A DNA stretch of 63,945 nucleotides, counting the filler, from Olpidium bornovanus S191 (Eukaryota; Fungi; Olpidiomycota): the NCBI GenBank assembly GCA_017911155.1. It is 26 parts of 26 records of this genome, joined end to end, with 100 filler letters (N's around TTAATTAATTAA, not from the genome) between each part and the next. Parts side by side here need not be neighbours in the genome. Positions count along the whole stretch, not along the records: positions 29,360 to 38,223 come from JAEFCI010005197.1; positions 38,324 to 39,577 come from JAEFCI010010104.1; positions 39,678 to 40,724 come from JAEFCI010004472.1; positions 40,825 to 43,302 come from JAEFCI010009916.1; positions 43,403 to 44,892 come from JAEFCI010005986.1; positions 44,993 to 46,001 come from JAEFCI010011594.1; positions 46,102 to 50,175 come from JAEFCI010011432.1; 19 more parts are not named here. One strand, 5' to 3'. The notes beneath the pieces are model-generated. The model was not told where the DNA came from. It worked only from the letters and a program-made list of their open reading frames with translations, and did not search any database. Within the stretch, counting starts at the first letter, position 1. Each line of letters begins with the position of its first letter. Of this stretch, positions 36,118-49,107 are shown piece after piece. Made by a program: the position numbers and the translations under genes.

Positions 36118-38223
36118 TCATTCTTCGAATTGGTCATACAAACTCCTCTTTTCCTCGACCTTCTCAACGCAGGAAATCGTGTCCCCGATCTCGAAGCCTC
36201 CAAAGCCACCGAAGCTGATGCCGCATTCCTTGCCCATCTTTATTTCCGAAACCTCGTCCTTGAGGTGCCGGATAGACGAGATGGGTCCTGAGAGTGGGAT
36301 GTGTTGGCGGGAACAAGGAGAGAGAGAGAACGGCAAAACGACATAGAGGGAAAGAAGCAGCTACCGGCATTAGCAGATTGTATGCGGTGCAGATTCTACC
36401 CGATAACAGCCACATGCCGTAGGCGCCAAACCAACATGAACTTCCCAAACCAACATGAACTTCCCAAACCAGCGCACTCACCTTCCCAGATGACCTCATC
36501 ATTCCTCAGGATCCTAGCCGTGCAGCCGTTCTTGATCACGCCGTCAAGCACCTTGCTGCCGGCGACCGGGATGCCCGAGCCCTTGCGTGCATCGATGTCG
36601 AACCGTTTCAGCACTTCCGCTTCTCCTAGCACCGTCCACGACACCTTCGGCGGCAGCTTCTCCTCCATCATGGCCTGCACGTCATCGAGCAGCGCGTAGA
36701 TCACGTCGTACGACTGCACAGACACCTTCTTCTGTTTCGCCTTTTCCTGCACTTCCTTGTTCGGTGCGGCGTTGAACGCCAGGATTACCACTTTGTCTGT
36801 TAAGTAAACTCGGCCATTAGTTTGGCGATGTTCGGGGCCTGTGCGACAGTCGTTTGGACAAAACGTGAGTTTTCCTAGCGACGGACTAAATTTACCTTCA
36901 CTAGACAAAGCGTAATCTACGTCCCCCGAGGTGACCGGACCGACGGCCGAAGAGAGTATCTGAAGACTGACAATGTGTTGTGGCAGGGGCTGCAAAGCAT
37001 CGACGATGGCCTCAGCAGACCCGGCAACGTCGGCTGGCAAACGGCAGAGAGAACATTGAAATTAAGATAAAGGATCACGTTTTCTATCGTTTTGCACATG
37101 ATGCGGGCTTTCCTTGGCCCGGACACACCTTTGATCATAACCTTGACCCCCCTGTCGGCCGCATGGGTCTCCTCGCCCTCCTCATCCTTCTTCCGGTCCG
37201 ACGCCGAGAACACGATACCCGTCTTCTTGACCACTCCCCGTCTAATTACGTACCCGTCAGGGAGGGAGGGGTGCGCGGCGCGAGTGCCCTTGTAGTAACT
37301 TCGAATCGCCTTCTTGTACAACTGGGCCATAACGGTTTTCTCAGCAAGCTCCTGGGACTGCTCGAGACGACCTGCGTTCATGGCCGTGATAACCTTATCT
37401 TTCATCGTCTGTCGAAAACGGAAGTCGCTGCGCGCCTTGACCACCCGGGCGGCTTCGTCCTGGAAAGACGAAGTTGCCGAAACGTCGTTCCCGAAGGGGA
37501 GACAGGTGGCTTCGAGATCAGCAAGGCAGTTTGAACCATAGATCTTTCGTGAGCTCCACCCATGGCCCAAATAGTGGCAAACAAAAAAAAAAAAATACTC
37601 ACTACGCCCTCCGCCTGCAGCACCTGGTCGCCGGCTTCTGGAAGAGATTTCCATCCGGAAACCTTGACTGGCGTCCCAGGCAAGGCAGTCTTTACGCTCC
37701 TGCCCAGGTCGTTCACCATCATCCGCACACGGCACCAGGATGTCCCCGCTACGAGAACGTCTCCAACCTTTAGAGTCCCGCGCTTCACCAGGACAGTTAC
37801 AACCGGGCTAAATATCGATTGAGACAAAAACCAACACGTCCCATGCACAATCAGATCTCATTCCTTCCAACAATACCGAGGCCCAAAATGTTGAGTTATC
37901 GAAGACGTACCCCATGCCCTTGGATTGCTGGCTCTCAATGACGTATCCTTCAACAGGACCATCCACCTCAGCTCGTATATCTGTCATTTCCGCAACAGCG
38001 AAGATGTTTTCTTCAAGAACGTCAAGGCCGGTTTTCTTTGAGAGTCAAGAATATGACCAAAATTCAACAATATAGTTTAAAGGATCGCGAAATCCGCCAC
38101 CAACTATGACCAATTCCTCACGTTCAAAGCTGAGATGTGGACTACGGGCACGTCACCGCCAATGTTTTCTAAGTGGATGTGGCAAGCGATAAGGTCGCCG
38201 AACAATTTCTCCTGGGGACATGG
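36118..38223 (-). CDS. IFM1: Mitochondrial translation initiation factor IF-2, 3' part
   Basis: GGDVPVVHISA, TVLVKRGTLKVGDVLVAG, IKADVAGSAEAI, VIYALLDDV and SIRHLKDEVSEIKMGKECGI across several introns. Stop at 36118. Confidence 0.95.
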
Positions 38224-38399
38224 NNNNNNNNNNNNNNNNNNNNNNNNNNNNNNNNNNNNNNNNNNNNTTAATTAATTAANNNNNNNNNNNNNNNNNNNNN
38301 NNNNNNNNNNNNNNNNNNNNNNNCATGCATACGAAGTTTTACAATCGCAAATATTTAACGTTAACAAAATTCGCACCTGCTGTCCTCTAACTTTTTCAG

Positions 38400-39178
38400 A
38401 TTGTCTTCGAGGAAGGACCTCGCCGTGGTGCATGCTTCATCCGCAGCGGAAAGCTTTCTTCTGGTGTCTTCTAATTTCCTGCGCGTGTTCAGCGCCGCAC
38501 GACGCTCTAAAGATGAAAGGGCAAAGCCGCCTTAATCTCTTAAGCACGACCACGGCGGACAAAATTGAAAGGGTAACTCCGTCACCTGTTTCTAGTGCCT
38601 GCCTTCTGAGGTCGAGCTCCTGCCGCAAATATTGGACACGCAAGCGGATCTGCGACAGGGTTCTCTTCTGCGACGAAAACTCAGGCATAAGCAAAAATAA
38701 AAAAAGTCGGCGCCTCTAAAGGAAAGAAGACCTTCGAAAAAACGGGGCGTTCCTTCCTCGTTGGGACGGGAAGAAAGCAAACTTGGCCCCCTTCCGCTCC
38801 TCTAAAAGAATTATCCTTCCTCGTTTTTTCGTCACTCGCCAGCTTGAGCGCCAGGCCCGCCTCCAGAACGTGCTCGACCTGACGCTGCGCCTCTCGGAGC
38901 CTGTCGCCCGCGCGACCGAGGGTTTCCTGAGTGCGGTTAACCCGCAGCAGCGTGTCGTAGTCGCACGAAGTCTGCGGCTTCGCTGGCCGCGGGGACGCCA
39001 GCGCCGCCGCCGCCGCCGCCGCCGCCTCTTGCTCGGTGACGCTGACCCAGCTGTCCGTGGTGGCGGTGGTCGCGCTGCTGCTGCTTCCGCCGTTGAGGCG
39101 GTCTGCGGCGGCGACGGCAAGGAGGCCGGCGTGGTTCTCCTTGACAACAGCGCCGCGTTCGTCGGGGACACTGGCCAT
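38400..39178 (-). CDS. UVRAG/Vps38- or Atg14-like coiled-coil protein fragment
   Basis: TSCDYDTLLRVNRTQETL...QRQVEHVLE followed by coiled-coil exons (RVQYLRQELDLRRQALE). Resemblance recalled, not computed. The true start may lie upstream of 39178. Confidence 0.5.
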
Positions 39179-40660
39179 CGCCTTCGAGAGCGCGGAAAGG
39201 GGGGCGAGGCGGTGCGGTACTCTCGCCCAAAGGCGGGGGAACGCTCCTCTCCTCCTCCGCGAACACACTCGCACGCCCGCGCGGAACCACTCGCGGGCGG
39301 CTTTCCAGCTCTCGGCGGTGACGCTGGGGGGGGGGGGGGGGGGGGGGGGGGGAGGTTGGGGGAGGGATGAAGGAGCTGGAAGTAGCATTCTCAGGTGGGA
39401 AGGCACCCTCCCCCACATACACGTGCGCACTCCCGTTCCCCCGCACCCTCCTTGCGCATGAACCGGCCCACCACCATACCACGGGAAAGGGCGAGGAAGG
39501 GTAAATTTTTGACGCCCTGCGGATTTTTTTTTTAGCACTCAAATTTTTGCGTTTCGCCTGCTGGCCTGCCGGACCACNNNNNNNNNNNNNNNNNNNNNNN
39601 NNNNNNNNNNNNNNNNNNNNNTTAATTAATTAANNNNNNNNNNNNNNNNNNNNNNNNNNNNNNNNNNNNNNNNNNNNCATGATTTAATCTCCTTCAAGGA
39701 TAGCCTCGTGTAGTACATTGACAAACGGCGGTGTCTGTGAGAGGGGTGGGAAGGGGTCGGAGCGGCGTTTAACTGCTATTTCTAGCTAGATCTCAGTCTT
39801 GTAATGCGACCATCATAGTGTCCAGGATGCATCTGTGCATCGGGTCGTAATCCATTCGGATATCTTTGGCTGAAGCCCCGCAAGAGGAGTCTGACCTTGC
39901 ACCGCTTTGAGGAAGCCGCAATGGAGCTCATAACGGGGGACGCGACACACAGCCGGAAATCAAGGTTCCTGCGAACTTGCTCCGCCCGTCCCTGCGCCTC
40001 CCAGCAGCCATCAGCGGCTTTCCCCGAGGTCTATCGGCCGTCAATTGCGCTCCATACTCGAGATGGGGACAACTAGTTCAAGCTCTGGAGCCACCACCAA
40101 CAGCCACGTAGCTAATGGCAACGACAGGGAGCGTGCACACGGCAAACGACAAGGCCCCCCGCTTCGGCCCGGTTTCGCACTCGGCCGAGGGGGGGGGCAA
40201 CCGGAGGGGCGAATTTCAGGGGGGGGGGAAGGGGAAAGGGGAGATTTCGAACGGAGCTCTTAAGCCGACGTTGCCAACGACCTCTTGAGCCGGCGTTGCT
40301 GCGGACCGGAATCCGCACGCACTGCCGCGACGCGGGAGGCGGGCGGCGGCGAGAAGGCGAAACGGGGGCCGGAGCGGGGACAATTTGCCACGGGGGTGAG
40401 GGGCGGGAAGGAGGGGGGGTGTGTGTGACGAGGAAGGAAAGAAAAGAACAAAAAAAAAAAAAAAGATTGTCCCGACGAGAAAAGTCGCCGAGGCATATTT
40501 TTTTTTCCCTCCTTTTCCCCTGCGGTCGCCGTCAAACCGCAATTATTTTTCTTTTCTCTCCTTTCTCTTTTTTCATTACCCTTTTTTTTTTTTCCCTCTC
40601 CCGTCCCCGGGGCGGTAAAGCGTAGTGTTGCCGACGGCGACGTGCGCGTTGTTTGCCTTT

Positions 40661-40700
<40 letters not shown>

Positions 40701-40842
40701 CCCTCCTTTCCCGCCACAGGACCCNNNNNNNNNNNNNNNNNNNNNNNNNNNNNNNNNNNNNNNNNNNNTTAATTAATTAANNNNNNNNNNNNNNNNNNNN
40801 NNNNNNNNNNNNNNNNNNNNNNNNCCCCCCCCCCCCCCCCCG

Positions 40843-40873
<31 letters not shown>

Positions 40874-41181
40874 TTTCGGCTGCCACGCCCCCTCCTCCCC
40901 TCTTATCTCTGTCTCCCACTCTCGCCCACGCTCTTTCTCTCTCCCTCCATAGAGCAACGGCGGGACGAACCTGCGCCTGGGCGTCCGAAAAGTGGCGCCG
41001 ACCCTTGCCGTTGGACGGGGTCTTCTGTGGCGTGCTGTCCGGGCGGAGGAGGGTGTTCGGGGAGTCCGTTGATTTTGAGGGTTTGAATTTTTCGCCTGGC
41101 GGGCCCGAGGGAGGGAGGGGAAAGGGGAAAGAAAACTTCGGGCCGGGGGGAAAAAGCCCGGGAAGAACGAAAAAAGCTGCG

Positions 41182-41221
<40 letters not shown>

Positions 41222-41269
41222 GGGGGAGAGAGGAAAAACAAAAGGGGGGGTTTTTTTTCGAGCGCGGCG

Positions 41270-41545
41270 ATGGCGAAGCCGACGCTGATCTTGGCCCTGA
41301 ACGCCGGGTCGTCGTCGCTCAAGGCGGCGCTCTTCTTCGTCCGCGGCGAGGGAGGGAGCGCCCGCGGCGGCGCGGGTCCTCCGCCCACTCCCGCCGCCGC
41401 CGCCGCCGGGGGGGATCGCCTCGTGCTCCTTGCCACCGCGTCCGTCTCCGGGATCGGTTCGGAGCGGAGCGCGGAGGCGAAGCTCGTCTCGCACCCGCTC
41501 CCGCTCTCCCTCCTCGCCTCCTGCGGAGCGGCGGCGGCGGCGGCG

Positions 41546-41576
<31 letters not shown>

Positions 41577-43128
41577 GAGGAGGAGGCGGCCCGAAGGAGT
41601 TCTCCGACGCCGACGCGAACGCCCCCCCGGCCGACCACCGGTCCGCGCTGGAGGAAGTCCTGAGCCTGCTGTTCGACCACGAGGAGAGCACGCTGGGCCC
41701 GGTCGCGGGGCTCACGCGCGCGGCCGTCACGCACGCCGCGCACCGGGTCGTCCACGGGGGGGCCCTGTTCCCGGGCCCGGTCGAGCTGACCGCCGGCCGC
41801 GTCCGGGAGCTGCACGCCCTGACCGCGCTCGCGCCCCTGCACAACGCTCCCGCGGAGAAAATCATACGCGTCGCCTGCTCGTCGTCGCTCGCCCGCGCCA
41901 GGCACTTCGCCTTTTTCGACACATCCTTCCACGCCTCCCTCCCCGAGGAGGTGTACACCTACCCGCTCCCGCTCGAGGCTTGCCGGAAACGTGAGTAAGG
42001 CACCCAAGGCTCCGCCGGCCGCCGCGTTCTCCTTTTTTTCTGTTGCTTGGCCGGAGCGACGCCAAAAAAAAAAGAACCCCCCCTTCCCCTTCGCCCCCCC
42101 CCAAAAAAAAGAAAATTCCGTTTTGTTACGCCGAGATCGGCCTGCAACCTTCCCTCTCGAGACTTTTCGTTTCCGCAGGCAAAATCCGGAAATACGGCTT
42201 TCACGGCCTTTCGTACTCTTTCGTCGCCAAACGCGTCGAGCTCCACCTGCGGCGGGCGGGGTCTCGGCACCACCGGCTCGTCATTCTGCACCTCGGCTCC
42301 GGAGCGAGCGCCTGCGCCGTGATGGGCGGCGCAAGCGTGGAGACGAGCATGGGTTACACTCCGGTTGACGGTGGGTCTCCGTTTGAACGCCGTCGGCCCC
42401 CTCCAAATTTTTTTTTCTACTTATTTTGTCTCTGATTCGCTCGTCGTTTGGCGCGCTGGGTCAATGATCTGGTCGCGTCGCCCTCGCAAGGCCTCATGAT
42501 GGCCACGCGACCGGGGACAGTGGACCCGACTGCCGTTCTGCACCTTTTCGACGACGTGCGCTCGGCGACGGAACCCGTGAGCGCGGCGGAGGGTTCGGAG
42601 AACAAGGAGAGCAGTGACGGGAGCTCGCTCGTTCAGGACGTCTCCCAGCCGCCGCTTACGCACCTGGAGGACCTCCTGAACCACGACTGCGGCTTCAGGG
42701 GCATCGCGGGGTCGTCTAGCATCGAGGAAGTGGCACAGGCGGCGAAGAGCGAACGCGAGGGCGGCGGCAGGAGAACTCCAAATTCGCCGGAGGCGCTCGC
42801 GGGGGGGATGTTCGTGCACCGCCTCCGACTCGTCATCGGCGGCTACGCCGCCGTGCTGGGCGGCCTGGATGCTCTGGTCTTCACCGGAGGATCCGGCGCC
42901 AAGTGGGCCGACGGGCGGGAGATGGTGTGCCGAGGGTTGGAATTCCTGGGCGTCCGGTTGGACGGAGAAAAAAATCGGGGCGAAAAAGTCGGAGACGGGA
43001 GAGGCGTCGTCTGGGACGTCACCGCGGAGGGCGACCCGGGGGGCGCCCGCGTCCTCGTCGTTGAAACGGACGAGGAGCGAGAGATGGCCGAAGGCGTGCT
43101 GTGTCTGGTAGCGCAGGCGGCTGGATGA
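41270..43128 (+). CDS. ackA: Acetate kinase (ASKHA family), complete 3-exon model, 516 aa
   Basis: Exons 41270-41990, 42179-42370, 42491-43128. LNAGSSSLK, HRVVHGG, LAPLHN, FDTSFH, RKYGFHG, HLGSGAS, TSMGYTPVDGLMMATR and TDEE. Confidence 0.96.
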
Positions 43129-43402
43129 TGAACCACACACCCGCGTTTCACCGCAGTGGAACGATAATCTCGATTACAATTTTCCCGCTACAACGTCGAA
43201 ATTCACACGTCGCAGCAGGCGTTAGGTGCCTGCCTCAAGCGCTGATACCTCACGAATATTACTCCATCACATCGTTGCCGACGACGTCAGGAAGAAGGGG
43301 GGNNNNNNNNNNNNNNNNNNNNNNNNNNNNNNNNNNNNNNNNNNNNTTAATTAATTAANNNNNNNNNNNNNNNNNNNNNNNNNNNNNNNNNNNNNNNNNN
43401 NN

Positions 43403-44220
43403 CATGCGAAGAATTCGTCTCTTTGGCCTCGCAGCTTCTTCACCGGATGGTTCTCTTTCCCTCCAACCTTTTGCTCCAGACCGTGTGGAAGGTCGTAAAG
43501 CCGTTCCTTGACGTCACGGTGGTGCAAAAGGTCGTGATGTTCAGCCCGAGAGAGTACCAGGCAGGATTGTTGAGTCTCGTAGATAAGGAGCACCTTTTGT
43601 CGGAGCACGGAGGCAGCTGCGCCAAGCGTTTGGCTGTCGATTTCGCGGTGGAAATCCCGGTCGCCAACGGCGGGCCGACTCCGGTGGACGGTGCGTCGGC
43701 GGAGTCGGAAGGCGACGAGGTCGGCACGGCCACCATCGTCGCGGACTCCGAGGGGCCGGACGAAAAGTTAACCCCCGTCGCGGCGGAAGCTGAGGTCGAC
43801 GACGTTGGAATCACCACCATCGTCGCGGATTCCGAGTGGCAGGGCGACGAGATAACCTCCGTCGATGCCGCGGACTGCAATGTGAAGAAGGAACGGCCAT
43901 CGCAAGAGTCGGCAGGTTCCCCCACCGACCATTGCTCTCTCAGCGACCCCGACTCCGACGTTTGCTTACTGTCCGCTGTTTCCGACACCACGGGGGCGGC
44001 CGCGGTTGCTCCGGAATCCAAGGCCAAGACTCCCGCTGCCAACGCGCTTTTCGCCCATATCGCTACCGCGCCTGCGGCCCCCCCGGAGCTCAAGCCCAAG
44101 TCCGCCGCCGTCGAAGCACTGTCCGCCGTTCGCGACGCGGCGGCTGCTGTGGGCTCGGGACCGAAGGGCAAGACCACCAACAAGTTCAGATTTTGGAGGA
44201 AGAAATCCACCGTGGAATGA
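43403..44220 (+). CDS. CRAL-TRIO (Sec14-like) protein, C-terminal part
   Basis: VWKVVKPFLD..VVQKV......LLSLVDKEHLLSEHGG, then an acidic low-complexity tail and a basic end (FRFWRKK). Confidence 0.8.
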
Positions 44221-45026
44221 TTGCGTTCTCCCGGGACGCGCAACCCTCACTCCTCCCTTCCAGTACTCCTCGATCCCTCAGTGTTATACTTGCCCGTGTC
44301 CGGTATGCCTCGCCACTATTTATTACCGCATATAATTTTACTGCGGGTTACGCGGCCGAGTATCAATCTATGGGCTTGTTCGGTTGGTGACGTGGGCGGA
44401 CGTGGGGGAAGTGGGGGGGGGGTTAGGGGAACGGGGCGAAGTTGGGCTGTTGCGGTTGTTGCTTTGCCATTGAACAAATCTAGACCCGGAGGCGCGGATT
44501 CTTTTCGGTAAGAAAACAAATGGACGGGCCCGTGCAACCAAATTTCACGGCTTCACGCGGACGGACACTGTTCTGAATATCGAAGGAGGTTCGTGCGAAT
44601 CCTTTGACAGGAGGCATGTATTTTTGGGAAACCAAGCGTCCTAACAAAAATCGAGGTCGCAATTCAAGATAACGCGACCGTTGGTTTGCGGGGCATATGA
44701 TATGCGGGAGGACTAAGCAAATTGTAGCAGGAACAGTTCGTTACGCGGGGACGGTGACAAAACTGAAGTAAAGGTTCAGGAGCACAGCGGGAACACTGAA
44801 GCCGACCTTTAGCACGGAGAGGTGGGCGTTTTCGGCGTGTTTCGTGTGCGCGCGCTAATGGGGAAGCTCACAAGCGCTTCCTGTCTTCCATGNNNNNNNN
44901 NNNNNNNNNNNNNNNNNNNNNNNNNNNNNNNNNNNNTTAATTAATTAANNNNNNNNNNNNNNNNNNNNNNNNNNNNNNNNNNNNNNNNNNNNCAAGCGGC
45001 GGGGGGGGGGGGGGGGGGGGGGCGAA

Positions 45027-45060
<34 letters not shown>

Positions 45061-45427
45061 TTTGGAAGCGGAGCCGCCGTCGTGTTCGGTGGCGGGGGGA
45101 GGGAATTGGGGAAGGTGCTGCATCGGCAGCACCTTTCCTTCGCTGCCGGTTATCCGTTTTCGCTTGCACCGCCCCCTTGCCGCCTCTCTTTCTCTCTTTC
45201 CCGCGTGGGAGGAGGGGGGAAGGGTGACCTTTCTTGCCCGTCTCGTCTCGCCGTTCGGCAGTATTTTTGGGTTTGACGCCCCCGCCATCCTCTTCCATTC
45301 CCCCCCGCGGGCGCCCCACAACGCCGTCTTCCTCGGCCCCCCCCCCCAAATCCCCCCCTCTCCCTTCACGCGTTTTGCTGTCGCGTTATCATCCCTTACA
45401 TGAAGCCTTCTCTCCTGTGCTTTTCAG

Positions 45428-46001
45428 ACCCATTTGCAGACACCGGCGAAGACGACGCAGGAGAATCCTCGGGGTACATCCGTAAGTTGGGCGTGGTCGC
45501 CGGCTTGGCGGCCGGACAGAACGGGAGAGAGCCTGATGGCGCAGCGGCAGAGATGATAACTTCTACTCCTTAGCGGGCAACGGGTCTCGTATTGAGCCTC
45601 CCACCTGCAATGAACTTTATCCGAACATTTAGTAGTCATAGTTACACTGAGCCGTTTTTTATTGTTTTAAAAATTTTTCCCGGCGAGGAAAAGCGTGGCG
45701 ACGGCCGTCGGTTCGTCGTCCTCTTTGACGCCGGCATTAAACTGTCGTTGACCTTTTTTCTCTCGTGTTTTTGTCGTCATCGTCGTTTTCGTTTTTCGTG
45801 CCGTTCTTTTTTTTTTGCCTCCGCGTCCGCGGGCCCCCGCGCAACTTTGACTCCGATTGCCCACAGACGTCCGCATCCAGCAGCGGAACGGCCGCAAGAC
45901 TCTGACGACGGTCCAGGGCATTCCGGCAGAATTCAACAGGAAGAGGTTGCTGAAGGCTTTTAAGAAGGAGTTCGCCTGCAACGGTACCCTGGTCCACCAT
46001 G
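45428..46001 (+). CDS. SUI1: Translation initiation factor eIF1/SUI1, partial
   Basis: DPFAD...YI|HVRIQQRNGRKTLTTVQG...KKEFACNGT. Exons 45428-45481 and 45867-46001. Confidence 0.96.
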
Positions 46002-46519
46002 NNNNNNNNNNNNNNNNNNNNNNNNNNNNNNNNNNNNNNNNNNNNTTAATTAATTAANNNNNNNNNNNNNNNNNNNNNNNNNNNNNNNNNNNNNNNNNNN
46101 NCATGGATGGTGCGGCGGCACGACGGCGCACGTTGGCGGGCGCCGGCACGACGGGGGCACGACGCTCAGTGCCCTTGGCTAACAAGTGCGAAAAAAATAA
46201 AACCCAGCATAACTCAATTTCCAGACCGTCTAAAGACTTGGATTTCTCCTCTGGACATTGTCTCGGCTGCCTGCTCAAGTGTCTGAGCTGCTCCCCCGTC
46301 TTGGGTCCTGCTGGGTTTGGTTTGGCTCAACGATTCTGCGGTAATATCGTTGATCCCTAACGCGATTTGCTTTCGCGGACTTTCGGTTTGCGTGCGGTGA
46401 ATTTTTTTTTTTTTTTTTTTTTTTTTTTCCGGGCCCCTGGCTCCCCGTGGCCACCAAGTACGCAGGCGGCACGTGGCTGGCGCGCCTCTCTCCTCGGTAA
46501 CAACCCGACATCCGAAATA

Positions 46520-47752
46520 ATGCCGTCCAAGAGCAGCGCCAAGACGGAGCCGAAGGCTTTGACGAGGCCCGCGGCGCTTTCTGACGGCGACGGCCGCAGG
46601 GAAGCTCGCCGCCTCGACAGGCCTCTTTCCTTCTCTTCCGGTTTGGATGGTTTTTCCGGGCAGGAAGCGCCGGACGTCGTCTCCGCAGGGACGGACCAAA
46701 TCCTGTCGGGCGACGAGGCCGCAGCGAAAAGGGCGCGATTGGCCGATCGGCGGCGCGCAAAGCGGAAGCAGGAGGCCGGGAAATCCACCGCGGTCAAAAA
46801 GCTTCGGAGGACGGGGCCGTCGGACGAGCCAGGCGTCGGCGGCGGTGGCGACGGCGAGCCGGCCGCCGAGCTGGGCAGCGGCGAGAGCACGTCAGACGGT
46901 TCGAGCAGCGGCAGCGAAGAAAGCTCGGACGAGAGCGAAGAGAGTGACCACCAGGACGAGGACGACGAGGATGACGAGGGTTACGGCGAAACAGGCTTCA
47001 AGGACCCGTTCACCTGCGAGTTCTGTCCGGAAAAATGTCTCGAATCAAAGTCGCAGCTGGAAGCTCACCTGGGAAGCAAAGTAAGGGGAGGACTTGCTCC
47101 GCTCTTTGCCTTCTCTTGCCCGGCCGTCGTGGTTTCTGGCGCCAAAACCGTCGGTCCACCCCGAGGCGACCCGGGCGCAAATCTAACGAGCGAAACGCGA
47201 TCCGCTGCAGCGGCACCTCCAGCGAGTGAAAGAGGCGGAGGAGAACCCGGGCGGAAAGGAGGTTTACCATTGCAGCGCGTGCCCGACGAAGGAGATGCGC
47301 ACGGAAAAGGACGTGGACGCTCACCTAGCTAGCGCGGTATGTTCCCGTTCGAGCGGGTCGTCATGCAGTCGCAAGAGCCCTTCCCGCACTTTTCTAAGAA
47401 AAAAGTTTGTTCATCGTCCTCGTCCTCAGCAACACTTGAAGAACGCAAAACGTCTCGCGGCGAAGGAGCAACCACGGCTGACGGAGGAGGAACGACAGAA
47501 GCGGGTGGCGAAGAACATGAAGAAGAAGGAGAAGCGAATGGCGGAGAAAAAGCGGAAGACGAAAGAGCTGGTCAGTCAATTTCTGCGAAGTTGTGAAGTT
47601 TTCGTTTTTTCCCTTTGATGGCGGGGCGTTGCTGCCGAGACCGTGCCAGGAGATTTTGCTGACGGAAGGCCGCCTGCAAACAGCTCAAGGAGAAGAAGAA
47701 GGCGTCATGGTTGCGAAGGCGAGCCGAGAGCGCAGCTGCGGAGAAAGCGTGA
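46520..47752 (+). CDS. Protein with two matrin/U1-like C2H2 zinc fingers, an acidic tract and a basic tail
   Basis: CEFCPEKCLESKSQLEAHLGSK|RH and CSACPTKEMRTEKDVDAHLASA|QH, with the last His of each finger on the next exon. D/E tract and KR-rich C-terminus. Confidence 0.75.
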
Positions 47753-49107
47753 ACCGCCGCCCTGGTTCGGCAAATTTACCCATCGCCAAAGCCGCGTAGA
47801 GGCCGTTTGCAGCTCGCATGGTTCAAGCTGCTTATTTGCTTTGGCGTCTGACCAGCGGAATCGCAAAACCTCGGACTGCAAGGACGTCCCAGAAACCCAA
47901 AGGTGAATTTTGCACCCGGCACAGGCTTTGAGTCTCGTGACCGGGGTTCGCGTGAACTACGTACAGTTCGAGAGCGCGGCGCCTACTGGAACAGCTCACA
48001 TGTGCCCGTCAAGATTTTCCTACGGTTGAATACAGCAAATCCCGTTTATCAGAACCGTCCTGGACGAGACTGCCGGCACTGTAAAAAAAATGCCCCGGTG
48101 GATAAAAAGCGGGAAAACCGCGAATCTGATGGTTATGCTGCCCTATCGCCCTCTGGCAATTCTAGTCAATTTCAACAGTAACTCTTCACGGCGAGTTAAA
48201 ATGTTCGCCCGGAGGTTTGATTTTCGTTCTAGTCGTCGCGGCCGACGAGCTGCTCGAAGTGTGCAATCGGCGTCTTCACCTTTGTTTGGCGGTTCGTCGG
48301 GCGGCGCAGCGGGGAACGTTGGTGCACAGTATTACGGTGAGGGGAAAGGGGAAGCGGGAAAAGGGGGAAGAAGGGTGGGGGGATTGCTTCGGACAAAAAT
48401 GGGGTATGTACGCACGACAAGCGAGAGGAAGGTGGGGGGGGGGGGGGGGAAGAACAGCGGGCGAAATGTTGCATTTGAGCTCAGGTTTGTTTGCGGTTCT
48501 GCGGACGCCGCTACGCAGCCCCGTCCAAGACATGGGAGACATGAGTGCAGTTAGCACATTGTAATGTTCGCAACACTCTTCGTTTGAAGGGGAACGGAGC
48601 CCATGGCTCGTTCAGGTCTCTCGTGCCAACGAGGAATTCATAATTTTACACACGGCCATGGTAAAAAAAACCCCCGAAGGCATCAGGAAAAAACTCCAAG
48701 CCGGAGCTGACCCGCAGGCAACACCTCAAGCGCGCAGCTGACGTCAGGGTAGCACTCATTGCACACCCATGGGCGCTCTCCTGAGAGGGCAGCTTCACGC
48801 GTGACGCAAGCCCTCTACGTTAACCGTCTTTTCGTCCCGCGGGAGGCACGAGAGCTTTTTCAGGCCGACAGTCCTTGAGCCGCTACCAGAGAAGGAAGGA
48901 GAGAGAGGAGGAGGGTTCGTTGTCGTCGTCGAAGATCATCGTCATCGCCGCCCGTGTGGGGACCGTTTATCAGCAGGGAAATCGTTCGATCCAGCGCGGG
49001 AGCCGGATTCGTGTGTTTGGTGTCCAGCAGAAAAAACCGTCTCCCGGTTTCCGCCCCTCCCCTCGTTCCCCGGCCCAACCGCCCCAGGCAGGCCGCGCGA
49101 AAAAACC

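Noticed and set aside
36428-36471. 19-bp tandem duplication in an IF2 intron
   Set aside because: Real but intronic, and it leaves the splice sites intact. An ordinary slippage event.
39678-40724. Gene on this contig
   Set aside because: Only short ORFs with no recognisable motif. The rest is homopolymer-rich leader-like sequence.
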